Assembly (NCBI RefSeq): GCF_964355755.1
Contig: NW_027306098.1
Span: forward strand, 2,501-66,500
DNA length: 64,000 nt
Source: Antedon mediterranea
Taxonomy: Eukaryota > Animalia > Echinodermata
Direction: 5' to 3'
A program made the translations under genes and the position numbers. The notes beneath the pieces are model-generated. The model did no database searches. It was not told where the DNA came from and worked only from the letters and a program-made list of their open reading frames with translations. Below, in pieces: positions 47,401 through 62,400 of the stretch. Position 1 is the first letter of the stretch; every line of letters begins with the position of its first letter.

Positions 47401-50400
47401 CTAAAACGTCTCCAAATGCGATTTCAAGCTATTTTGTGCACTTTGTTGTTTTGTGTGAAAAGTTTCATCGAAATGCACAAAATTGTCTAAAACGTCTCCA
47501 AATACGATTTGAAGCTATTTTGTGCACTTTGATGTTTTTGTGTGAAAAGTTTTTTCGAAATACACAAAATGGTCTAAAACGTCTCCAAATGCGATTTGAA
47601 GCTATTTTGGGCACTTTGATGTTTTTTTCTGAAAAGTTTCATCGAAATGCACAAAATGGTCTAAAACGTCTCCAAATGCGATTTAAAGCTATTTTGTGCA
47701 CTTTAATGTTTTGTGTGAAAAGTTTTATCGAAATTCTCAAAATGGTCTAAAACGGTTTCAAATGTGATTTTAAGCACTTTGATGTTTTTGTGTAATCAAG
47801 TTTCATCAAAATGCACAAAATGGTTTAAAACGTCTGCAAATGCGATTTGAACCTATTTTGTGCACTTTGATGTTTTGTGTAATCCAGTTTCATCGAAATG
47901 TACAAAATTGTCTAAAACCTCTCAAAATGCGATTTGAAGCTATTTTGTGCACTTTGATGTTTTTGTGTGAAAAGTTTCATCGAAATTCACAAAATTGTCT
48001 AAAACGTCTCCAAATACGATATTAAGCTATTGTATGCACTTTGATGTTTTTGAGTGAAAAGTTTTTTCGAAATGCACAAAATGGTCTAAAACGTCACCAA
48101 ATGCGATTTGGAGCTCTTTTGTGCACTTTGATGTTTTGTGTAAAAAGTTTGCTATTTTGTGCACTTTAATGTTTTGTGTAAAAAGTTTTATCGAAATGCT
48201 CAAAATTGTCTAAAACGGTTTCAAATGTGATTTTAAGCACTTTGATATTTTTGTGTAATCAAGTTTTTTCGAAATGCACAACATGGTCTAAAACGTCTCC
48301 AAATGCGATTTGAAGCTATTTTGTGCACTTTGATGGTTTTGTGTAAAAAGTTTCATCGAAATTCACAAAATGGTCAAAAACGTCTCCAAATGCGATTTGA
48401 AACTATTTTGTGCACTTTGTTGTTTTGTGTGAAAAGTTTCATCGAAATGCACAAAATGGTCTAAAACGGTTTCAAATGTGATTTTAAGCACTTTGATATT
48501 TTTGTGTAATCAAGTTTTTTTCGGAATCCACAAAATGGTCTAAAACGTCTCCAAATGCGATTTGAAGTTATTTTGTGCACTTTGAAGTTTTGTGTAATGA
48601 AACGCACAAAATGGTCTAAAACGTCTCCAAATGCGATTTGAAGCTATTTTGTGCACTTTGTTGTTTTGTGTGAAAAGTTTCATCGAAATGCACAAATTGG
48701 TCTAAAACGTCTCCAAATACGATATTAAGCTATTGTATGCACTTTGTTGTTTTTGTGTGAAAAGTTTTTTCGAATTACACAAAATGGTCTAAAACGTCTC
48801 CAAATGCGATTTGGAGCTCTTTTGTGCACTTTGATGTTTTGTGTCAAAAGTTTTATAGAAATGCTCGAAATGGTCTAAAACGGTTTCAAATGTGATTTTA
48901 AGCACTTTGATGTTTTTGTGTAACCAAGTTTCATCGAAATGCACAAAAAAATCTAAAACGTCTCCAAATGCGATTTAGAGCTATTTTGTGCACTTTAATG
49001 TTTTGTGTGAAAAGTGTTATCGAAATGCACAAAATGGTCTAAAACGGTTTCAAATGTGATTTGAAGCTATTTTGTGCACTTTGTGGTTTTGTGTGAAAGT
49101 TTTATCGAAATGCACAAAATAGTCTAAAACGGCTTCAAATGTGATTTTAAGCACATTGATATTTTTGTGTAATCAAGTTTCATCGAAATGCACAAAATGG
49201 TCTAAAACGTCTGCAAATGCGATTTGAAGCTATTTTGTGATTTTAAGAACTTTGATATTTTTGTGTAATCAAGTTTCATCGAAATGCACAAAATTGTCTA
49301 AAACGTCTGCAAATGCGATTTGAAGCTATTTGTGCACTTTGATGGTTTTGTGTAAAAAGTTTCATCGAAATGCACAAAATGGTCAAAAACGTCTCCAAAT
49401 GCGATTTGAAGCTATTCTGTGCACTTTGTTGTTTTGTGGGAAAAGTTTCATCGAAATGCACAAAATGGTCTAAAACGGTTTCAAATGTGATTTTAAGCAC
49501 TTTGATATTTTTGTGTAATCAAGTTTTTTCAAAATGCACAACATGGTCTAAAACGTCTCCAAATGCGATTTGAAGCTATTTTGTGCACTTTGTAGTTTTT
49601 TGTGAAAAGTTTCATCGAAACGCACAAAATTGTCTAAAACGTCTCCAAATACGATATTAAGCTATTGTATGCACTTTGTTGTTTTTGTGTGAAAAGTTTC
49701 ATCGAAATGCTCAAAATGGTCTAAAACGTCTCCAAGTGCGATTTGAAGCTATTTTGTGCACTTTGATGTTTTTTTTGTGAAAAGTTTAATCGAAATGCAC
49801 AAAATGGTCTAAAACGTCTCTAAATGCGATTTGAAGCTATTTTGTGCACATTGATGTTTTTGTGTGAAAAGTTTGATCGAAATGCACTATTTTGTGCACA
49901 TTGATGTTTTTGTGTGAAAAGTTTGATCGAAATGCACAAAATGGTCTAAAACGTCTCCAAATGCGATTTGAAGCTATTTTGTGCACTTTGATGTTTTGTG
50001 TGAAAAGTTTCACCAAAATGCACAAAATGGTCTAAAACGTTTCCAAATGCGATTTGGAGCTCTTTTGTGCACTTTGATGTTTTGTGTAAAAAGTTTGCTA
50101 TTTTGTGCACTTTAATGTTTTGTGTGAAAAGTTTTATCGAAATGCTCAAAATTGTCTAAAACGGTTTCAAATGTGATTTTAAGCACTTTGATATTTTTGT
50201 GTAAAAAAGTTTCATCGAAATGCACAAAATGGTCTAAAACGTATCTAAATGCGATTTGAAGCTATTTTGTGCACTTTGTCGTTTTTGTGTGAAAAGTTTC
50301 ATCGAAATGCTCAAAATGGTCTAAAACGTCTCCAAATGCGATTTGAAGCTATTTTGTGCACTTTGATGTTTTTTTGTGGAAAGTTTCATCGAAATGCACA

Positions 50401-53400
50401 AAATGGTCTAAAACGTCTCTAAATGCGATTTGAAGCTATTTTGTGCACTTTGATGTTTTTGTGTGAAAAGTTTCATCGAAATGCACAAAATGGTCTAAAA
50501 CGTCTCTAAATGCGATTTGAAGCTATTTTGTGCACTTTGTCGTTTTTGTGTGAAAAGTTTCATCGAAATGCTCAAAATGGTCTAAAACGTCTCCAAATGC
50601 TATTTGAAGCTATTTTGTGCACTTTGATGTTTTTGTGTGAAAAGTTTCATCGAAATGCACAAAATGGTCTAAAACGGTTTCAAATGTGATTTTAAGCACT
50701 TTGATATTTTTGTGTAATCAAGTTTCATCGAAATGCACAAAATGGTCTAAAACGTCTGCAAATGCGATTTGAAGCTATTTTGTGCACTTTGATGGTTTGT
50801 GTGAAAAGTTTCATCGAAATGCACAAAATGGTCAAAAATGTCTCCAAATGCGATTTGAAGCTATTTTGTGGACTTTGTGGTTTTGTGTGAAAAGTTTTAT
50901 CGAAATGCACAAAATAGTCTAAAACGGTTTCAAATGTGATTTTAAGCACTTTGATATTTTTGTTTAACCAAGTTTCATCGAAATGCACAAAATGGTCTAA
51001 AACGTCTCCAAATGCGATTTGAAGTTATTTTGTGCACTTTGATGTTTTGTGTGAAAAGTTTTATCGAAATGCTCAAAATGGTCTAAAACGGTTTCAAATG
51101 TGATTTTAAGCGCTTTGATATTTTTGTGTAATCAAGTTTTTTCGAAATGCACAACATGGTCTAAAACGTCTCCAAATGCGATTTGAAGCTATATTGTGCA
51201 CTTTGATGTTTTGTGTAATGAAACGCACAAAATGGTCTAAAACGCCTGTTTTCTGTGAAAATTTTCATCGAAATGCAAAAAATTGTCTAAAACGTCTCCA
51301 AATGCGATTTGAAGCTATTTTGTGCACTTTGTTGTTTTGTGTGAAAAGTTTCATCGAAATGCACAAATTGGTCTAAAACCTCTCCAAATACGATATTAAG
51401 CTATTTTGTGCACATTGATGTTTTTGTGTGAAAAGTTTCACCAAAATGCACAAAATGGTCTAAAACGTCTCCAAATCCGTTTTGAAGCTAATCTAAGCAC
51501 TTTGATGTTTTTATGTTAAAAAGTTTTTTCGAAATGCACAAAATGGTCTAAAACGTTTCCAAATACGATTTGAAGCTCTTTTGTGCACTTTGATATTTTG
51601 TGTAATAAGTTTTATAGAAACGCACAAAATGGTCTAAAACGGTTTCAAATGTGATTTTAAGCACTTATATATTTTTGTTTAACCAAGTTTCATCGAAATG
51701 CACAAAATGGTCTAAAACGTCTCCAAATGCGATTTGAAGCTGTTTTTGTGTGAAAAGTTTTTTCGAAATACACAAAATGGTCTAAAACGTGCACTTTTGT
51801 GCACTTTGATGTTTTGTGTCAAAAGTTTTATAGAAATGCTCGAAATGGTCTAAAACGGTTTCAAATGTGATTTTAAGCACTTTGATGTTTTTGTGTAATC
51901 AAGTTTATAGAAATGCTCGAAATGGTCTAAAACATCTTCAAATGTGATTTTAAGCACTTTAATGTTTTGTGTGAAAAGTTTTATCGAAATGCTCAAAATG
52001 GTTTAAAACGGTTTCAAATGTGATTTTAAGCACTTTGATATTTTTGTGTAATCAAGTTTTTTCGAAATGCACAACATGGTCTAAAACGTCTCAAAATACG
52101 ATATTAAGCTATTGTATGCACTTTGATGTTTTTCTGTGAAAAGTTTTTTCGAAATGCACAAAATGGTCTAAAACGTCTCAAAAAGCGATTTGGAGCTCTT
52201 TTGTGCACTTTGATGTTTTGTGTAAAAAGTTTTATAGAAATGCTCGAAATGTTCTACAACGGTTTCAAATGTGATTTTAAGCACTTTGATATTTTTGTTT
52301 AACCAAGGTTCATCGAAATGCACAAAATGGTCTAAAACGTCTGCAAATGCGATTTGAAGCTATTTTGTGCACTTTGATGTTTTGTGTAATCCAGTTTCAT
52401 CGAAATGAACAAAATTGTCTAAAACCTCAAAAATGCGATTTCAAGCTATTTTGTGCACTTTGATGATTTTGTGTGAAAAGTTTTTTCGAAATGCACAAAA
52501 TGGTCTAAAACGTCTCCAAATGCGATTTGGAGCTCTTTTGTGCACTTTGATGTTTTGTGTAAAAAGTTTTATAGAAATGCTCGAAATGGTCTAAAACGTT
52601 TTCAAATGTGATTTTAAGCACTTTAATGTTTTGTGTGAAAAGTTTTATCGAAATGCTCAAAATGGTCTAAAACGGTTTCAAATGTGATTTTAAGCATTTT
52701 GATATTTTTGTGTAATCAAGTTTTTTTCGAAATGCACAACATGGTCTAAAACGTCTCCAAATGCGATTTGAAGCTATTTTGTGCACTTTGATGTTTTGTG
52801 TAATGAAACGCACAAAATGGTCTAAAACGTCTCCAAATGCGATTTGAAGTTATTTTGTGCACTTTGATGTTTTGTGTGAAAAGTTTTATCGAAATGCTCA
52901 AAATGGTCTAAAACGGTTTCAAATGTGATTTTAAGCACTTTGATATTTTTGTGTAATCAAGTTTTTTCGAAATGCACAACATGGTCTAAAACGTCTCCAA
53001 ATGCGATTTGAAGCTATTTTGTGCACTTTGATGGTTTTGTGTAAAAAGTTTCATCGAAATGCACAAAATGGTCAAAAACGTCCCCAAATGCGATTTGAAG
53101 CTATTTTGTGCACTTTGTTGTTTTGTGTGAAAAGTTTCATCGAAACGCACAAAATGGTCTAAAACAGTTTCAAATGTGATTTTAAGCACTTTGATATTTT
53201 TGTGTAATCAAGTTTTTTCGGAATCCACAAAATGGTCTAAAACGTCTCCAAATGCGATTTGAAGTTATTTTGTGCACTTTGAAGTTTTGTGTAATGAAAC
53301 GCACAAAATGGTCTAAAACGTCTCCAAATGCGATTTGAAGCTATTTGTGCACTTTGTTGTTTTGTGTGAAAAGTTTCATCGAAATGCACAAATTGGTCTA

Positions 53401-56400
53401 AAACGTCTCCAAATACGATATTAAGCTATTGTATGCACTTTGTTGTTTTTGTGTGAAAAGTTTTTTCGAATTACACAAAATTGTCTAAAACGGCTCCAAA
53501 TGCGATTTGGAGCTCTTTTGTGCACTTTGATGTTTTGTGTCAAAAGTTTTATAGAAATGCTCGAAATGGTCTAAAACGGTTTCAAATGTGATTTTAAGCA
53601 CTTTCATGTTTTTGTGTAGCCAAGTTTCATCGAAATGCACAAAAAAATCTAAAACGTCTCCAAATGCGATTTAAAGCTATTTTGTGCACTTTAATGTTTT
53701 GTGTGAAAAGTTTTATCGAAATTCTCAAAATGGTCTAAAACGGTTTCAAATGTGATTTTAAGTACTTTGATGTTTTTGTGTAATCAAGTTTCATCGAAAT
53801 GCACAAAATGGTTTAAAACGTCTGCAAATGCGATTTGAAGCTATTTTGTGCACTTTGATGTTTTGTGTAATCCAGTTTCATCGAAATGTACAAAATTGTC
53901 TAAAACCTCTAAAAATGCGATTTGAAGCTATTTTGTGCACTTTGATGTTTTTGTGTGAAAAGTTTCATCGAAATGCACAAAATTGTCTAAAACGTCTCCA
54001 AATACGATATTAAGCTATTGTATGCACTTTGATGTTTTTGAGTGAAAAGTTTTTTCGAAATGCACAAAATGGTCTAAAACGTCTCCAAATGCGATTTGGA
54101 GCTCTTTTGTGCACTTTGATGTTTTGTGTAAAAAGTTTGCTATTTTGTGCACTTTAATGTTTTGTGTGAAAAGTTTTATCGAAATGCTCAAAATTGTCTA
54201 AAACGGTTTCAAATGTGATTTTAAGCACTTTGATATTTTTGTGTAATCAAGTTTTTTCGAAATGCACAACATGATCTAAAACGTCTCCAAATGCGATTTG
54301 AAGCTATTTTGTGCACTTTGATGTTTTTGTGTGAAAAGTTTCATCGAAATGCACAAAATGGTCTAAAACGTCTCTAAATGCGATTTGAAGCTATTTTGTG
54401 CACTTTGTCGTTTTTGTGTGAAAAGTTTCATCGAAATGCTCAAAATGGTCTAAAACGTCTCCAAATGCGATTTGAAGCTATTTTGTGCACTTTGATGTTT
54501 TTTTGTCAAAAGTTTCATCGAAATGCACAAAATGGTCTAAAACGTCTCTAAATGCGATTTGAAGCTATTTTGTGCACTTTGATGTTTTTGTGTGAAAAGT
54601 TTCATCGAAATGCACAAAATGGTCTAAAACGTCTCTAAATGCGATTTGAAGCTATTTTGTGCACTTTGATGTTTTTTTGTGAAAAGTTTCATCGAAATGC
54701 ACAAAATGGTCTAAAACGTCTCTAAATGCGATTTGAAGCTATTTTGTGCACTTTGTCGTTTTTGTGTGAAATGTTTCATCGAAATGCTCAAAATGGTCTA
54801 AAACGTCTCCAAATGCGATTTGAAGCTATTTTGTGCACTTTGATGTTTTTGTGTGAAAAGTTTCATCGAAATGCACAAGATGGTCTAAAACGGTTTCAAA
54901 TGTGATTTTAAGCACTTTGATATTTTTGTGTAATCAAGTTTTTTCGAAATGCACAAAATGGTCTAAAACGTCTCCAAATGCGATTTAAAGCTATTTTGTG
55001 CACTTTAATGTTTTGTGTGAAAAGTTTTATCGAAATTCTCAAAATGGTCTAAAACGGTTTCAAATGTGATTTTAAGCACTTTGATGTTTTTGTGTAATCA
55101 AGTTTCATCGAATTCATCAAATTCGATTTGAAGCTATTTTGTGCACTTTGATGTTTTGTGTAATCCAGTTTCATCGAAATGTAAAAAATTGTCTATAACG
55201 TCTCTAAATGCGATTTGAAACTATTTTGTGGACTTTGTCGTTTTTGTGTGAAAAGTTTCATCGAAATGCTCAAAATGATCTAAAACGTCTCCAAATGCGA
55301 TTTGAAGCTATTTTGTGCACTTTGATGTTTTTGTGTGAAAAGTTTCATCGAAATGCACAAAATGGTCTAAAACGGTTTCAAATGTGATTTTAAGCACTTT
55401 GATATTTTTGTGTAATCAAGTTTTTTCGAAATGCACAAAATGGTCTAAAACGTCTCCAAATGCGATTTGAAGTTATTTTGTGCACTTTGATGTTTTGTGT
55501 GAAAAGTTTCATCGAAATGCTCAAAATGGTCTAAAACGGTTTCAAATGTGATTTTAAGCACTTTGATATTTTTGTGTAATCAAGTTTCATCGAAATGCAC
55601 AAAATGGTCTAAAACGTCTGCAAATGCGATTTGAAGCTATTTTGTGCACTTTGATGGTTTGTGTGAAAAGTTTCATCGAAATGCACAAAATGGTCAAAAA
55701 TGTCTCCAAATGCGATTTGAAGCTATTTTGTGGACTTTGTGGTTTTGTGTGAAAAGTTTTATCGAAATGCACAAAATAGTCTAAAACGGTTTCAAATGTG
55801 ATTTTAAGCACTTTGATATTTTTGTTTAACCAAGTTTCATCGAAATGCACAAAATGGTCTAAAACGTCTCCAAATGCGATTTGAAGTTATTTTGTGCACT
55901 TTGATGTTTTGTGTGAAAAGTTTTATCGAAATGCTCAAAATGGTCTAAAACGGTTTCAAATGTGATTTTAAGCGCTTTGATATTTTTGTGTAATCAAGTT
56001 TTTTCGAAATGCACAACATGGTCTAAAACGTCTCCAAATGCGATTTGAAGCTATATTGTGCACTTTGATGTTTTGTGTAATGAAACGCACAAAATGGTCT
56101 AAAACGCCTGTTTTCTGTGAAAATTTTCATCGAAATGCAAAAAATTGTCTAAAACGTCTCCAAATGCGATTTGAAGCTATTTTGTGCACTTTGTTGTTTT
56201 GTGTGAAAAGTTTCATCGAAATGCACAAAATTGTCTAAAACGTCTCCAAATACGATTTGAAGCTATTTTGTGCACTTTGATGTTTTTGTGTGAAAAGTTT
56301 TTTCGAAATACACAAAATGGTCTAAAACGTCTCCAAATGCGATTTGAAGCTATTGTGGGCACTTTGATGTTTTTTTCTGAAAAGTTTCATCGAAATGCAC

Positions 56401-59400
56401 AAAATGGTCTAAAACGTCTCCAAATGCGATTTAAAGCTATTTTGTGCACTTTAATGTTTTGTGTGAAAAGTTTTATCGAAATTCTCAAAATGGTCTAAAA
56501 CGGTTTCAAATGTGATTTTAAGCACTTTGATGTTTTTGTGTAATCAAGTTTCATCAAAATGCACAAAATGGTTTAAAACGTCTGCAAATGCGATTTGAAC
56601 CTATTTTGTGCACTTTGATGTTTTGTGTAATCCAGTTTCATCGAAATGTACAAAATTGTCTAAAACCTCTCAAAATGCGATTTGAAGCTATTTTGTGCAC
56701 TTTGATGTTTTTGTGTGAAAAGTTTCATCGAAATTCACAAAATTGTCTAAAACGTCTCCAAATACGATATTAAGCTATTGTATGCACTTTGATGTTTTTG
56801 AGTGAAAAGTTTTTTCGAAATGCACAAAATGGTCTAAAACGTCACCAAATGCGATTTGGAGCTCTTTTGTGCACTTTGATGTTTTGTGTAAAAAGTTTGC
56901 TATTTTGTGCACTTTAATGTTTTGTGTAAAAAGTTTTATCGAAATGCTCAAAATTGTCTAAAACGGTTTCAAATGTGATTTTAAGCACTTTGATATTTTT
57001 GTGTAATCAAGTTTTTTCGAAATGCACAACATGGTCTAAAACGTCTCCAAATGCGATTTGAAGCTATTTTGTGCACTTTGATGGTTTTGTGTAAAAAGTT
57101 TCATCGAAATTCACAAAATGGTCAAAAACGTCTCCAAATGCGATTTGAAACTATTTTGTGCACTTTGTTGTTTTGTGTGAAAAGTTTCATCGAAATGCAC
57201 AAAATGGTCTAAAACGGTTTCAAATGTGATTTTAAGCACTTTGATATTTTTGTGTAATCAAGTTTTTTTCGGAATCCACAAAATGGTCTAAAACGTCTCC
57301 AAATGCGATTTGAAGTTATTTTGTGCACTTTGAAGTTTTGTGTAATGAAACGCACAAAATGGTCTAAAACGTCTCCAAATGCGATTTGAAGCTATTTTGT
57401 GCACTTTGTTGTTTTGTGTGAAAAGTTTCATCGAAATGCACAAATTGGTCTAAAACGTCTCCAAATACGATATTAAGCTATTGTATGCACTTTGTTGTTT
57501 TTGTGTAAAAAGTTTTTTCGAATTACACAAAATGGTCTAAAACGTCTCCAAATGCGATTTGGAGCTCTTTTGTGCACTTTGATGTTTTGTGTCAAAAGTT
57601 TTATAGAAATGCTCGAAATGGTCTAAAACGGTTTCAAATGTGATTTTAAGCACTTTGATGTTTTTGTGTAACCAAGTTTCATCGAAATGCACAAAAAAAT
57701 CTAAAACGTCTCCAAATGCGATTTAGAGCTATTTTGTGCACTTTAATGTTTTGTGTGAAAAGTGTTATCGAAATGCACAAAATGGTCTAAAACGGTTTCA
57801 AATGTGATTTGAAGCTATTTTGTGCACTTTGTGGTTTTGTGTGAAAGTTTTATCGAAATGCACAAAATAGTCTAAAACGGCTTCAAATGTGATTTTAAGC
57901 ACATTGATATTTTTGTGTAATCAAGTTTCATCGAAATGCACAAAATGGTCTAAAACGTCTGCAAATGCGATTTGAAGCTATTTTGTGATTTTAAGAACTT
58001 TGATATTTTTGTGTAATCAAGTTTCATCGAAATGCACAAAATTGTCTAAAACGTCTGCAAATGCGATTTGAAGCTATTTGTGCACTTTGATGGTTTTGTG
58101 TAAAAAGTTTCATCGAAATGCACAAAATGGTCAAAAACGTCTCCAAATGCGATTTGAAGCTATTCTGTGCACTTTGTTGTTTTGTGGGAAAAGTTTCATC
58201 GAAATGCACAAAATGGTCTAAAACGGTTTCAAATGTGATTTTAAGCACTTTGATATTTTTGTGTAATCAAGTTTTTTCAAAATGCACAACATGGTCTAAA
58301 ACGTCTCCAAATGCGATTTGAAGCTATTTTGTGCACTTTGTAGTTTTTTGTGAAAAGTTTCATCGAAACGCACAAAATTGTCTAAAACGTCTCCAAATAC
58401 GATATTAAGCTATTGTATGCACTTTGTTGTTTTTGTGTGAAAAGTTTCATCGAAATGCTCAAAATGGTCTAAAACGTCTCCAAGTGCGATTTGAAGCTAT
58501 TTTGTGCACTTTGATGTTTTTTTTGTGAAAAGTTTAATCGAAATGCACAAAATGGTCTAAAACGTCTCTAAATGCGATTTGAAGCTATTTTGTGCACATT
58601 GATGTTTTTGTGTGAAAAGTTTGATCGAAATGCACTATTTTGTGCACATTGATGTTTTTGTGTGAAAAGTTTGATCGAAATGCACAAAATGGTCTAAAAC
58701 GTCTCCAAATGCGATTTGAAGCTATTTTGTGCACTTTGATGTTTTGTGTGAAAAGTTTCACCAAAATGCACAAAATGGTCTAAAACGTTTCCAAATGCGA
58801 TTTGGAGCTCTTTTGTGCACTTTGATGTTTTGTGTAAAAAGTTTGCTATTTTGTGCACTTTAATGTTTTGTGTGAAAAGTTTTATCGAAATGCTCAAAAT
58901 TGTCTAAAACGGTTTCAAATGTGATTTTAAGCACTTTGATATTTTTGTGTAAAAAAGTTTCATCGAAATGCACAAAATGGTCTAAAACGTATCTAAATGC
59001 GATTTGAAGCTATTTTGTGCACTTTGTCGTTTTTGTGTGAAAAGTTTCATCGAAATGCTCAAAATGGTCTAAAACGTCTCCAAATGCGATTTGAAGCTAT
59101 TTTGTGCACTTTGATGTTTTTTTGTGGAAAGTTTCATCGAAATGCACAAAATGGTCTAAAACGTCTCTAAATGCGATTTGAAGCTATTTTGTGCACTTTG
59201 ATGTTTTTGTGTGAAAAGTTTCATCGAAATGCACAAAATGGTCTAAAACGTCTCTAAATGCGATTTGAAGCTATTTTGTGCACTTTGTCGTTTTTGTGTG
59301 AAAAGTTTCATCGAAATGCTCAAAATGGTCTAAAACGTCTCCAAATGCTATTTGAAGCTATTTTGTGCACTTTGATGTTTTTGTGTGAAAAGTTTCATCG

Positions 59401-59470
59401 AAATGCACAAAATGGTCTAAAACGGTTTCAAATGTGATTTTAAGCACTTTGATGTTTTTGTGTAATCAAG
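38430..59470 (+). repeat. Higher-order block duplications X(4862)-X'(4121)-Y(3887)-X(4862)-Y(partial)
   Basis: Rare markers recur: aattcatcaaattcg at 42241/46362/55111, acgcctgttttctg at ~43234/47355/51242/56104, tctaaaacgtgcac at 38911/43773/51781. Confidence 0.88.
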
Positions 59471-62400
59471 TTTTTTCGAAATGCACAAAATGGTCTAAAA
59501 CGTCTCCAAATGCGATTTGAAGTTATTTTGTGCACTTTGATGTTTTGTGTGAAAAGTTTTATCGAAATGCTCAAAATGGTCTAAAACGGTTTCAAATGTG
59601 ATTTTAAGCACTTTGATATTTTTGTGTAATCAAGTTTCATCGAAATGCACAAAATGGTCTAAAACGTCTGCAAATGCGATTTGAAGCTATTGTGTGATTT
59701 TAAGAACTTTGATATTTTTGTGTAATCAAGTTTCATCGAAATGCACAAAATGGTCTAAAACGTCTCCAAATGCGATTTGAAGCTATTTTGTGCACTTTGA
59801 TGGTTTTGTGTGAAAAGTTTCATCGAAATGCACAAAATGGTCAAAAACGTCTCCAAATACGATAATAAGCTTTTGTATGCACATTGATGTTTTTGTGTGA
59901 AAAGTCTCATCGAAATGCACAAAATGGTCTAAAACGTCTCCAAATGCGATTTGAAGCTATTTTGTGCACTTTGATGTTTTGTGTAATGAAACGCACAAAA
60001 TGGTCTAAAACGTCTCCGAATACGATATTAAGCTATTTTATGCACTTTGATGTTTTTGTGTGAAAAGTTTTTTCGAAATGCACAAAATGGTCTAAAACGT
60101 CTCCAAATGCGATTTGGAGCTCTTTTGTGCACTTTGATGTTTTGTGTCAAAAGTTTTATAGAAATGCTCGAAATGTTCTAAAACGGTTTCAAATGTGATT
60201 TTAAGCACTTTCATGTTTTTGTGTAACCAAGTTTCATCGAAATGCACAAAATGGTTTAAAACGTCTGCAAATGCGATTTGAAGCTATTTTGTGCACTTTG
60301 ATGTTTTGTGTAATCCAGTTTCATCGAAATGTACAAAATTGTCTAAAACCTCTCAAAATGCGATTTGAAGCTATTTAGTGCACTTTGATTTTTTTGTGTG
60401 AAAAGTTTCATCGAAATGCACAAAATTGTCTAAAACGTCTCCAAATGCGATTTGGAGCTCTTTTGTGCACTTTGATGTTTTGTGTAAAAAGTTTTATCGA
60501 AATTCTCAAAATGGTCTAAAACGGTTTCAAATGTGATTTTAAGCACTTTGATGTTTTTGTGTAATCAAGTTTCATCGAAATGAACAAAATGGTTTAAAAC
60601 GTCTGCAAATGCGATTTGAACATATTTTGTGCACTTTGATGTTTTGTGTAATCCAGTTTCATCGAAATGTACAAAATTGTCTAAAGCTTCTCAAAATGCG
60701 ATTTGAAGCTATTTTGTGCACTTTGATGTTTTTGTGTGAAAAGTTTCATCGAAATTCTCAAAATTGTCTAAAACGTCTCCAAATACGATATTAAGCTATT
60801 GTATCCACTTTGATGTTTTTGAGTGAAAAGTTTTTTCGAAATGCACAAAATGGTCTAAAACATCTCCAAATGCGATTTGGAGCTCTTTTGTGCACTTTGA
60901 TGTTTTGTGTAAAAAGTTTGCTATTTTGTGCACTTTAATGTTTTGAGTGAAAAGTTTTATCGAAATGCTCAAAATTGTCTAAAACGGTTTCAAATGTGAT
61001 TTTAAGCACTTTGATATTTTTGTGTAATCAAGTTTTTTCGAAATGCACAACATGGTCTAAAACGTCTCCAAATGCGATTTGAAGCTATTTTGTGCACTTT
61101 GATGTTTTGTGTAATGAAACGCACAAAATGGTCTAAAACGTCTCCGAATACGATATTAAGCTATTTTATGCACTTTGATGTTTTTGTGTGAAAAGTTTTT
61201 TCGAAATGCACAAAATGGTCTAAAACGTCTCCAAATGCGATTTGGAGCTCTTTTGTGCACTTTGATGTTTTGTGTAAAAAGTTTTATAGAAATGCTCGAA
61301 ATGGTCTAAAACGTCTACAAATGTGATTTTAAGCACTTTAATGTTTTGTGTGAAAAGTTTTATCGAAATGCTCAAAATGGTCTAAAACGGTTTCAAATGT
61401 GATTTTAAGCACTTTGATGTTTTTGTGTAATCAAGTTTCATCGAAATGCACAAAATGGTTTAAAACGTCTGCAAATGCGATTTGATGCTATTTTGTGCAC
61501 TTTGATGTTTTGTGTAATCCAGTTTCATCGAAATGTACAAAATTGTCTAAAACCTCTCAAAATGTGATTTGAAGCTATTTTGTGCACTTTAATATTTTGT
61601 GTGAAAAGTTTTATCGAAATGCTCAAAATGGTCTAAAACGGTTTCAAATGTGATTTTAAGCACTTTGATATTTTTGTGTAATCAAGTTTCATCGAAATGC
61701 ACAAAATGGTTTAAAACGTCTGCAAATGCGATTTGATGCTATTTTGTGCACTTTGATGTTTTGTGTAATCCAGTTTCATCGAAATGTACAAAATTGTCTA
61801 AAACCTCTCAAAATGCGATTTGAAGCTATTTTGTGCACTTTGATTTTTTTGTGTGAAAAGTTTCATCGAAATGCACAAAATTGTCTAAAACGTCTCCAAA
61901 TGCGATTTGGAGCTCTTTTGTGCACTTTGATGTTTTGTGTAAAAAGTTTTATAGAAATGCTCGAAATGGTCTAAAACGTCTTCAAATGTGATTTTAAGCA
62001 CTTTAATGTTTTGTGTGAAAAATTTTATCGAAATACTCAAAATGGTCTAAAACGGTTTCAAATGTGATTTTAAGCACTTTGATGTTTTTGTGTAATCAAG
62101 TTTCATCGAAATGCACAAAATGGTTTAAAACGTCTGCAAATGCGATTTGATGCTATTTTGTGCACTTTGATGTTTTGTGTAATCCAGTTTCATCGAAATG
62201 TACAAAATTGTCTAAAACCTCTCAAAATGCGATTTGAAGCTATTTTGTGCACTTTGATTTTTTTGTGTGAAAAGTTTCATCGAAATGCACAAAATTGTCT
62301 AAAACGTCTCCAAATGCGATTTGGAGCTCTTTTGTGCACTTTGATGTTTTGTGTAAAAAGTTTTATAGAAATGCTCGAAATGGTCTAAAACGTCTTCAAA

